A stretch of 14,404 nucleotides of DNA, taken from positions 1-14,404 of the forward strand of contig JBDRUX010000064.1 in NCBI GenBank assembly GCA_039801565.1. Reading direction: 5' to 3'. Positions 7,361-14,404 of this stretch are shown piece after piece. The DNA comes from a candidate division WOR-3 bacterium (GTDB lineage Bacteria > Hydrothermota > Tepidihabitantia > Tepidihabitantales > JAOUPE01). Under the pieces are notes generated by a model that had not been told where the DNA came from, made no database searches, and saw nothing but the letters and a program-made list of their open reading frames with translations. Both the position numbers and the translations under genes were made by a program. Numbering within the stretch: position 1 is the stretch's first letter; the number at the start of each line of letters is the position of its first letter.

Positions 7361-7645
7361 TCATTTTATCTTGGCAATAAACTGGTCAATCGGAATTGCT
7401 GGTAAGGTTGTAATCTGAATTGTGCCTCTTGAACCAAGTTCGATCGAAATCTTGGCAATCGTTTCGTTATCTTTTGCCTCGACGACATTGACAAAGTCAT
7501 AATTCCCTAATACCGCATATTGGCTTAAGAGTTTTGCACCCATTGTCTCAATTTCTTTATTCACTTCTTTAATTCGTTCGGGTTTTTCTTTAATTGTCTT
7601 TCTCCCCTCATCGGTGAGAGAAGTGAGAAGGATATAAATCGGCAT
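7361..7645 (-). CDS. GYD domain-containing protein
   Basis: 94 aa: MPIYILLTSLTDEG...YAVLGNYDFV...ELGSRGTIQITTLPA pattern; SD AAGGAGG upstream. Confidence 0.9.
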   Translation of the reverse strand: MPIYILLTSLTDEGRKTIKEKPERIKEVNKEIETMGAKLLSQYAVLGNYDFVNVVEAKDNETIAKISIELGSRGTIQITTLPAIPIDQFIAKIK

Positions 7646-7667
7646 ACCTGCCTCCTTTCTTTACCCT

Positions 7668-7696
7668 AATTTAAACTCAAATTTAAACCAAGTCAA
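7668..7696 (-). promoter_or_regulatory. Putative sigma70 promoter of the GYD gene
   Basis: Minus strand TTGACT (7696-7691)-N17-TAAATT (7673-7668), followed by a short leader containing AAGGAGG. Confidence 0.65.
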
Positions 7697-7741
7697 GAAA
7701 AAAAATTTGGTTTGACTTTATCGTAAGGTTGCTGATAAAAC

Positions 7742-7770
7742 TTGACGATATTTGATTTTTCTGTTAAACT
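7742..7770 (+). promoter_or_regulatory. Putative sigma70 promoter of the FG-GAP/birA/NYN/tsaB run (leaderless geometry)
   Basis: TTGACG (7742-7747)-N17-TAAACT (7765-7770) with extended TG at 7762-7763; ATG begins at 7777; no SD. Confidence 0.72.
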
Positions 7771-7776
7771 AAACCA

Positions 7777-9423
7777 ATGTCTAACCTTATTGATTTATTA
7801 TTACCAACATTGATTTTTGCCACAATACCGCTTTCTAATTCACCGGTTTGGGTCTCGATTGACCAGGATTATTCGACTGGCGGTGGTTTTGGGGATATTG
7901 ACGGTAACGGTTTTATTGACCTTTGCACCAGTAATGGCAACGATATGGCTTGGAATCGAAATGGAATCTATTACAATAGCAATGGCAACCTGGAAACTAA
8001 TGCCTCTTGGCGCAGTGCTGATTCGGGTGAATTTGGTCACCTCTATTTAGGTGATGTCAACAACGACGGTCTAATGGATATGGCGGTGGTCTTCTTAGGA
8101 ATCGGCTCAATTCAAGGTCCGACCCGAATCTATCGCAATCAAGGCAATGGTTTAGAGACAAACCCTTACTGGCTTTCGGCTGACCGTTATAACTCTTTTG
8201 ACGGTGCTTTGGGTGACATTGATTTAGACGGTGATTTAGATTTAGCCGTGGCCGCTGGGGATGGATATAATAACATCCTTTCACCGGCAAAGGTCTATCG
8301 GAATCAGCAAGGGGTCATTGATACTATACCTTGTTGGCGGGCTAACGACTCGTCGCCTTCGGATGCGATTCGTTTAGCGGATTTAGATAACGACGGCGAT
8401 TTGGATATCATTGTCGGTTATCGGCGGAAACTATCCATTTATAAAAACTTTGTTGATAGTATTGAAAGAAATGCTTCCTGGTCAGTCACTCGTAATTTGG
8501 GTTGGGTCATAAGATTAGCAGTTGGTGATTATGACAATGACGGCTGGCTCGATTTAGCAATAGCGAGCAATGGTCAGCTTGATGATACTAATAGCGTTAT
8601 GGTCTTTCATAATCAAAACGGCGTATTAGAAACTATTCCTGCCTTCACAATGTTAAAAAATCCCACTTACCGTTATACATCTTGTGTGGCTTGGGGTGAT
8701 GTGAATGGCGATGGTTTTTTAGACTTAGCAGCCGGCGGCTGGTGGGAACCAGTAGTGGTGTTCGAAAATCGCTCTGGAATATTAGATACAACTCCAACTT
8801 GGTCTTATAATGGTGGTTATAATTTAGTTTGCGAGACGGTATTATGGGGCGATGTTGGTAATGACCATCTTCGCTTTGAACAGGAGCAGAAAAATGGCGA
8901 TGGTTGCCGAAAACTATTTTACTTAACCCACTTCCCTATCCAATTTTTTCATCGAGTTCTGATTGATAATGATACAATCCCGAGCAGTGATTATTGTTTT
9001 GACCCTTTGACCGGTTGGGTTGCTTTTCGAACCGCACCTGCCCAAAATTCTAATATTGTCTTTGAATATGAATATTCGAATTATCCTGATTTGGCAGTCA
9101 CCAATTGGACGCGGAGTGTAGGAAATTATCTTTTCGCGAATACGACGACCAGTGCAATTGCTTCTCATCACCCGATTTCCTCAATCAATCCGATTGAAGT
9201 TTTCCCTAATCCATTTTTCGAACAAGTGATAATTAAATCTAATCTAAAAATTGGCGAGAAATTGAGAATTTACGATGCGAGCGGTAATTTAGTTAAGACG
9301 TTGGCGAGTTCGCATTCTATCACTTGGAACGGTAAGGATGAAAAAGACAAACGACTACCAAAAGGTATCTATTTCATTCAAGGTTCGTCGGATTTAATTA
9401 AAAAGAAGATAGTTAAAATTTAA
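7777..9423 (+). CDS. Secreted FG-GAP/VCBS repeat beta-propeller protein with T9SS-CTD/FlgD-Ig-like tail
   Basis: Hydrophobic N-terminus; six DxDxDG-type loops (DIDGNG, DVNNDG, DIDLDG, DLDNDG, DYDNDG, DVNGDG) plus an interrupted seventh; FPNPF...IYDASG...WNGKD...GIYF C-terminus. Confidence 0.88.
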   Translation: MSNLIDLLLPTLIFATIPLSNSPVWVSIDQDYSTGGGFGDIDGNGFIDLCTSNGNDMAWNRNGIYYNSNGNLETNASWRSADSGEFGHLYLGDVNNDGLMDMAVVFLGIGSIQGPTRIYRNQGNGLETNPYWLSADRYNSFDGALGDIDLDGDLDLAVAAGDGYNNILSPAKVYRNQQGVIDTIPCWRANDSSPSDAIRLADLDNDGDLDIIVGYRRKLSIYKNFVDSIERNASWSVTRNLGWVIRLAVGDYDNDGWLDLAIASNGQLDDTNSVMVFHNQNGVLETIPAFTMLKNPTYRYTSCVAWGDVNGDGFLDLAAGGWWEPVVVFENRSGILDTTPTWSYNGGYNLVCETVLWGDVGNDHLRFEQEQKNGDGCRKLFYLTHFPIQFFHRVLIDNDTIPSSDYCFDPLTGWVAFRTAPAQNSNIVFEYEYSNYPDLAVTNWTRSVGNYLFANTTTSAIASHHPISSINPIEVFPNPFFEQVIIKSNLKIGEKLRIYDASGNLVKTLASSHSITWNGKDEKDKRLPKGIYFIQGSSDLIKKKIVKI

Positions 9424-9439
9424 TGTTTAGAGGATTACT

Positions 9440-10219
9440 TTGGCTAAAGTATTATCGAAAGCTATTAGTGACTTTACCGGAAGTGATTTATCGGAATTAG
9501 CGCAATTCGGTAAAGTCTATCTTTTTGAGACAGTCGCTTCCACTCAGGAAATCGCCAGAAGTTTGGTCAAAAAACGGGAACCGGCAATCGTAATTGCTTT
9601 ATCGCAAACGCAGGGTCGGGGCCGATTTCGACGCGACTGGTACTCACCACCAGGCGGTATTTATTTCTCGTATCTGGTTTTTCCCGATTTTTCGGTTAAA
9701 GATAAAATTGTTCAGTTAACGCTCGGTAGCGCTTTGGTAGTCGCTAAAGGTTTAGAAGTCCTCAGCGGTAAAAAAATTGAACTACGTTGGCCTAATGATT
9801 TGATGCTATCGGGCAAAAAGGTAGGAGGTATTTTATGTGAAACAAAAGACTTGGGTTTAATCGTCGGGGTTGGAATAAATCTCAACCAACCCTTTTTCCC
9901 AACCAATTTGTCTGATGCGACCTCGTTTTTCTTAGAAACCAATCAGGAATACGATATCGGCAAGGCTTTAAAAATGCTCTTCACTCTTTTAACCAATCAC
10001 TATCAGAATTTTGCCAATAGCAAATTCATTGATTTATTACCAGAAATCAAAGCCCGGCAGGTTTTGCTTAATCAAAGGGTAAGAGTTGAGTTATGGCTAC
10101 GCCGAATCGAAGGCACAGTTATTGACTTAGATGATTGGGGTCGGTTACTCTTGCGTACCGACCCAGGCCAGTTGATAACAATTACTGCTGGCAAGGTGCA
10201 TCGAATTAAAAGTATCTAA
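9440..10219 (+). CDS. birA: Biotin--[acetyl-CoA-carboxylase] ligase, class I (no N-terminal HTH)
   Basis: QTQGRGR, WYSPPGG, RWPND, KKVGGIL, VGVGIN motifs and C-terminal GRLLL domain; TTG start after GAGGA. Confidence 0.93.
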   Translation: MAKVLSKAISDFTGSDLSELAQFGKVYLFETVASTQEIARSLVKKREPAIVIALSQTQGRGRFRRDWYSPPGGIYFSYLVFPDFSVKDKIVQLTLGSALVVAKGLEVLSGKKIELRWPNDLMLSGKKVGGILCETKDLGLIVGVGINLNQPFFPTNLSDATSFFLETNQEYDIGKALKMLFTLLTNHYQNFANSKFIDLLPEIKARQVLLNQRVRVELWLRRIEGTVIDLDDWGRLLLRTDPGQLITITAGKVHRIKSI

Positions 10220-10239
10220 TTTTGGGAAAGGAGGTAAAA

Positions 10240-10803
10240 ATGAGTCGTATCGGAGTCTTTGTTGATGTGCAAAATGTTCAAGAAACCTTTGAGCGGCAAG
10301 GCCGTGAAGTCCGCTACGATGCCCTGCAAAAAAATTTAATCGGTGATGATGCCAACAAACACAATTATAAATTTGTTGCCTTTGTTCCCTTCCGGGCTGG
10401 TGATGAACGACGGCAACGTCTCATTGACGCACTGTCTTTTCAAGGCTATCGCGTAGTTGCCAAACCAGTTCGGGAACGGTTAGACGGCAGTGTCAAAGCC
10501 AATATGGATATCGAAATAACTTTGGAAATCCTTTCGATGTCAGCCCATTTGGATGAGATAATCTTAGTTTCCGGTGACGGTGATTTTGTCGCATTGGTGG
10601 ATTGGCTATCAAAACAAGGTAAACGGGTCGTTGTCGTGGGTTTAGGCAAAGGTTATACCTCGGTTGAATTGATTCGAGCCTGTGATGAATATATCAACTT
10701 AGAAGAATTGGAAGGAGTGGTCCGAGAATCTACCTTCCAAGTTCCGTTTAGTGGTTTTGGGGAAAGAACCCGTAACAATAAAGACGAGATAATCCCAGAT
10801 TGA
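10240..10803 (+). CDS. NYN domain (LabA/DUF88, PIN-like) protein
   Basis: VFVDVQN, KANMD and LVSGDGDF acidic motifs, ELIRACDEYI; ATG 10240 preceded by AAGGAGG. Confidence 0.92.
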   Translation: MSRIGVFVDVQNVQETFERQGREVRYDALQKNLIGDDANKHNYKFVAFVPFRAGDERRQRLIDALSFQGYRVVAKPVRERLDGSVKANMDIEITLEILSMSAHLDEIILVSGDGDFVALVDWLSKQGKRVVVVGLGKGYTSVELIRACDEYINLEELEGVVRESTFQVPFSGFGERTRNNKDEIIPD

Positions 10804-11495
10804 TGGGAAACGGTTTTTATCTCGGTATCGAAACCAGTTGGGAAATTACCGGTATCGCAATTGTCAAAGCAACAACCGTTCTTTACGAGTTACGTTTCCT
10901 TACTGGTTCAAAACATAATGAGACCATCTTTCAAATTCTTGCCGATGCCCTGAAATTGGTTGGGATTGGAGTAAAAGATTTAGCCGGGATTGGGGTATCA
11001 ATCGGTCCGGGGATGTTCACTTCCTTAAGAGTTGGCTTAGCCTTGACAAAAGGACTATCTTTACCCTACAAAATCCCGGTGAAAGGGATTAATACCCTTG
11101 ATGCCTTAGCCGATTATTGCAGTTTTGCTAAAACCGATTTTGGTTTAATTGTGCCAATCGTTGATGCTCGAAAAGATGAAGTTTTCACCGCTTTGTATCG
11201 CAATAGAACTCGGATTTCCGAATATGCAATCTTGTCACCAGCAAGACTTGCTCAAGAAATTGCAAAAAATTATCCAGATGAGCCGATAACTTTTTTAGGA
11301 AACGGTGCGATTAAATACGAACCAATATTAGCGAGCAGGCTGCGGGAATTTAATTCCATCCCTCTTATGGCACCTCTTCCCTCAACTATTGCCTTCAAGG
11401 CACAAACTTGTATCAGAAGCGGCGATTGGTCCGATGTTGCGACCTTGCAACCTTTTTATCTCCGACCAACCGATGCCGAACTTAAAAGAAAATGA
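10803..11495 (+). CDS. tsaB: tRNA threonylcarbamoyladenosine biosynthesis protein TsaB (YeaZ)
   Basis: LGIETS, GPGxFTxLRVG, DARKDEVF, FLGNGA, LQPFYLR motifs; TGATG overlap with the NYN gene. Confidence 0.92.
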   Translation: MGNGFYLGIETSWEITGIAIVKATTVLYELRFLTGSKHNETIFQILADALKLVGIGVKDLAGIGVSIGPGMFTSLRVGLALTKGLSLPYKIPVKGINTLDALADYCSFAKTDFGLIVPIVDARKDEVFTALYRNRTRISEYAILSPARLAQEIAKNYPDEPITFLGNGAIKYEPILASRLREFNSIPLMAPLPSTIAFKAQTCIRSGDWSDVATLQPFYLRPTDAELKRK

Positions 11496-11519
11496 GTAAA
11501 ATAATAGCGATGCCAACTT

Positions 11520-11528
11520 TGTTATAAT
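11520..11528 (+). promoter_or_regulatory. Putative extended -10 promoter for the M28 peptidase gene
   Basis: TG-T-TATAAT at 11520-11528 in the 48-nt intergenic gap; no recognisable -35; SD AAGGAG at 11533-11538. Confidence 0.5.
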
Positions 11529-11543
11529 TAGAAAGGAGCAAAG

Positions 11544-14186
11544 ATGAAAAACCTTTGCCTTTTATTTTCAATTCTTTTTCTATTTGCCCAAGGCAAAGAA
11601 TATCTGATAAAAGTCGAAACACCAACTTCGGATATTGTAACCCAACTGCTTGATGCCAATATCTCAGTTATTACCGAAATGAAGGGTTTTGCTTTAGTCA
11701 TTGCTCAAACCGAAGAACTGGAGAAACTCAAATCGTATCGTTATCAAATCATTGATGAAGAACCCAAGACCAAAGAATATTACCTAATTCGACCGATTGC
11801 CCCCAATCAAATAAAAACAATCAATAGAGAGCTGAAGCCACTTGCCTTTGATGGTGAGAATTTCTTAATCCGGATGACCAAAGAGTCAGAAGAAAAAATT
11901 AGTCGCTTCAACATTGAACGAACTCGACTAACCTTAAAACCAATAAAAAAATCGGTCGGGATTAGCTATTATCCACGCCCATTGCAAAACCCATTGATTG
12001 AAGATATGGTAAATCGGGTAAGTCTTGATTCCTGTTTAGGTTTTGTTCGAAGATTACAGAACTTTCGCACCCGTTATTCAACCACTGATTCTTGCCGAGC
12101 TGCTGCTAATTGGGTAAAGAGTAAATTCTTAGAATATGGTTGTGACAGTGTCTACTTAGAAGAATACCGTCCGGATTATGCCCCAAATGTCATCGGTATC
12201 AAAAGGGGTTTAGCCCATCCGGATAATATCTATGTTGTCATCTGTGGTCATATGGATGCAACATCCAACCAGGTACCAGATTTCTGCCCAGGTGCTGATG
12301 ACAATGCCTCAGGAACCGCGGCGGTAATTGAAGCCTGTCGGGTGATGAAGGATTATAATTTTGAATACTCGGTTCGCTATATCGCCTTCACTGGCGAAGA
12401 GCAGGGTCTATACGGTAGTGAAGCCTATGCCAGCGCGGCTCGTAATCGAGGGGATTCAATCTTCGGAGTTATCAATTATGATATGATTGGCTATGCCGAT
12501 GCCACCCCAGAAAATTTGGAGGTGATTGGCAAAACTGCTAATCCTAACTGCCAACCCTTTGTTGACTATTTTGTCGCCTGCGCCAACCTTTATACAAACC
12601 TTTTAACTCAGGTCCATATGGTGACCAGTATGCCCAATTCTGACCACCATTCGTTTTGGAGTGAAGGCTATGTTGCGTTTTGTGGAATTGAGGACTATTG
12701 GCCAGTTAATCCCCATTATCATCGGACGAGCGATACGATTGGAGCAGGGTTCAATGCCCCGGATTTTCATACCGAAGTGGCAAAGGCTGGCGTGGCTTGC
12801 CTGGCTTCTTTAGCCAATCCAATTATGCCCAATCAACCCTATGTCGTTTATCATCATTATATTTTCAATGATTCGGCTACTGGTAACAATAATGGACGTT
12901 GGGATGCCGATGAAGAAGTTGAGATTTATACGGTTTTAAGAAATCTCGGTCAGGTACAGGCAACTAATGTCTCGGCTGATTTATCTTCAACTGACCCTTA
13001 TATTCAAATCATTCAAGGTCATGCTGATTTTGGTAATATCGGTCCTTTAGACACTGCAGTCAATTCCACACCTTATCGCGTCACATCCCTTGCCAATATC
13101 CCAAGGGGTCATAATGCCAATTTCACTCTAACGATTCAGAGTTCGGAGTCAACCTGGGTCTATAACTTCTCAATTCTGGTTAATCCATTTATGATTACAG
13201 ACCCAATTCCCGATGGACCACGCGAACCACCATTATATTGGGCTTATGACAATACCGACACTGCTTATATTCATCATCCGGTTTACAATTGGATTGAAAT
13301 CAAAACAGTTGGGACTCGGCTTTCCTACGACCATAACGACCAGGTCAAGTTAGTTAATCTGCCAGCGTCATTTGGACCTTGGCGTTATTACGGCAATCGT
13401 TATACCCAAATATCAATCAGTGCTGATGGCTGGATTGCGGCGGGGTTTGATACGATGCGTTATTACCGTAATACTAATATCCCCAGTTCGGATGGTCCAG
13501 GTGCTATTGTCGCCTTAAACTTTGACGACCTTTATCCGAATAATACCGGTTCGGGTGGAATCTATTATTATCACGATACCGTAAACCATTGTTTTATCAT
13601 CGAATATGACTCCGTTCCTTATTATGACCCCCGTTCAGTAATGGATAAGTTCGAGTTAATAATCTATGACACCACAATCAGTTCTTTAACTGGTGATAAT
13701 ATAATTATCGCCCAATATCAAACTGCCAATCGCTATACCAGTTCCACTATTGGCATTGAAGACCCAACCGAAATGATTGGGATTCAATATGCATTCAATA
13801 ATTCCTATCATCCAGCCGGGGCGCCAATTGTTCCGGGTCGAGCGATTGCCTATTCGACCAATTCACCGATTACTTATATTGGCGATTTTAAGATAACCTC
13901 TCCGTTAATTGAAGAACCAAAACTGGAAATTCTACCCAATCCATTTACTACCAAAACGACAATCCGCTTTAATGGAAACCCAAAGGAATTCAGTATCTTA
14001 AAGATTTACAACTTAGCCGGTGAATTAGTAAAGAGTTTTGCGGTCAACGGACAGCGGAAAACGGTTCACGAAATTACCTGGGACGGTAGAGATGATAACA
14101 ATAAAGTGCTTCCAAGTGGTATTTATTTCTTAGAATATAAATCCGACGCCTTGACTACTCTTAAGAAGGTGCTAATCTTAAAATGA
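11544..14186 (+). CDS. Secreted multidomain M28-family zinc peptidase with accessory beta domains and T9SS-CTD/FlgD-Ig-like tail
   Basis: Signal peptide; M28 motifs GHMD, GADDNASG, GEEQGL, NYDMIG, SDH, YHRTSD; GNNNGRWD-type Ig-like domain; LPNPF...IYNLAG...WDGRD...SGIYF tail. Confidence 0.9.
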   Translation: MKNLCLLFSILFLFAQGKEYLIKVETPTSDIVTQLLDANISVITEMKGFALVIAQTEELEKLKSYRYQIIDEEPKTKEYYLIRPIAPNQIKTINRELKPLAFDGENFLIRMTKESEEKISRFNIERTRLTLKPIKKSVGISYYPRPLQNPLIEDMVNRVSLDSCLGFVRRLQNFRTRYSTTDSCRAAANWVKSKFLEYGCDSVYLEEYRPDYAPNVIGIKRGLAHPDNIYVVICGHMDATSNQVPDFCPGADDNASGTAAVIEACRVMKDYNFEYSVRYIAFTGEEQGLYGSEAYASAARNRGDSIFGVINYDMIGYADATPENLEVIGKTANPNCQPFVDYFVACANLYTNLLTQVHMVTSMPNSDHHSFWSEGYVAFCGIEDYWPVNPHYHRTSDTIGAGFNAPDFHTEVAKAGVACLASLANPIMPNQPYVVYHHYIFNDSATGNNNGRWDADEEVEIYTVLRNLGQVQATNVSADLSSTDPYIQIIQGHADFGNIGPLDTAVNSTPYRVTSLANIPRGHNANFTLTIQSSESTWVYNFSILVNPFMITDPIPDGPREPPLYWAYDNTDTAYIHHPVYNWIEIKTVGTRLSYDHNDQVKLVNLPASFGPWRYYGNRYTQISISADGWIAAGFDTMRYYRNTNIPSSDGPGAIVALNFDDLYPNNTGSGGIYYYHDTVNHCFIIEYDSVPYYDPRSVMDKFELIIYDTTISSLTGDNIIIAQYQTANRYTSSTIGIEDPTEMIGIQYAFNNSYHPAGAPIVPGRAIAYSTNSPITYIGDFKITSPLIEEPKLEILPNPFTTKTTIRFNGNPKEFSILKIYNLAGELVKSFAVNGQRKTVHEITWDGRDDNNKVLPSGIYFLEYKSDALTTLKKVLILK

Positions 14187-14404
14187 TGGTTTTATTAACC
14201 CTTTTATTTATATTTTCCGCAAATGATACAATTGAAATGAAAGGAGGGAATGGGATATTTTATCGGGTATTTACTGACCAGAGAAGACTTTGTTTTCAGT
14301 ATAAACTTGGTAGAAATTGGTCGGAAGCCGCAGTGCTTGATACTGGTGATGTTACTTCGCCTTCGATTGCGATTACACCGAAGGATTTGCTTCATATCGT
14401 CTGA
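14183..14404 (+). CDS. Probable exported protein, truncated by the window end
   Basis: ATGA overlap with the peptidase stop; hydrophobic N-terminus VLLTLLFIFSA; open to the end of the window. Confidence 0.7.
   Translation: MMVLLTLLFIFSANDTIEMKGGNGIFYRVFTDQRRLCFQYKLGRNWSEAAVLDTGDVTSPSIAITPKDLLHIV

Noticed and set aside
7777..8870. Recurring GATTTAG/GACGG segments as a CRISPR or DNA repeat array
   Set aside because: They are codons of the FG-GAP protein repeats, degenerate at the DNA level.
1309..14186. N-x-S/T sequons as evidence of N-glycosylation
   Set aside because: They also occur in cytoplasmic proteins (NET in sigma, GYD and TsaB; NLS in BirA), so there is no clean contrast like that for D-S/T.
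7817..14395. Short overlapping ORFs 7817-8050, 7840-8040, 8057-8290, 8923-9171, 9712-9942, 10446-10649 and 14204-14395
   Set aside because: Nested in or antisense to longer, better supported genes.

Overview
Bacterial chromosomal window of moderate-to-low GC, with no integrase, transposase or CRISPR array. Secreted proteins with T9SS-CTD/FlgD-Ig-like tails, combined with strong SD sites, suggest an FCB-related lineage such as candidate phylum WOR-3 (inference only). The minus strand carries a GYD protein, a multiply frameshifted Asp-box/YCF48-like secreted-protein pseudogene, a PpiD/SurA chaperone, a tRNA Glu-Gly-Cys-Leu operon, an ECF sigma / ZAS anti-sigma / Spy-CpxP / lipoprotein operon with terminator, and chrA. 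The plus strand carries an FG-GAP propeller protein, birA, a NYN nuclease, tsaB, a large M28 peptidase and the start of another exported protein. Most notable observations: (1) Asp-Ser/Thr motifs are abundant in exported proteins and absent from cytoplasmic ones, hinting at Bacteroidota-like general O-glycosylation; (2) a 108-nt element closed by a 22-bp stem overlaps the 5' end of the pseudogene; (3) several promoters have leaderless geometry; (4) there is a candidate autoregulatory ECF promoter; (5) tRNA-Cys has an A18/G55 swap.
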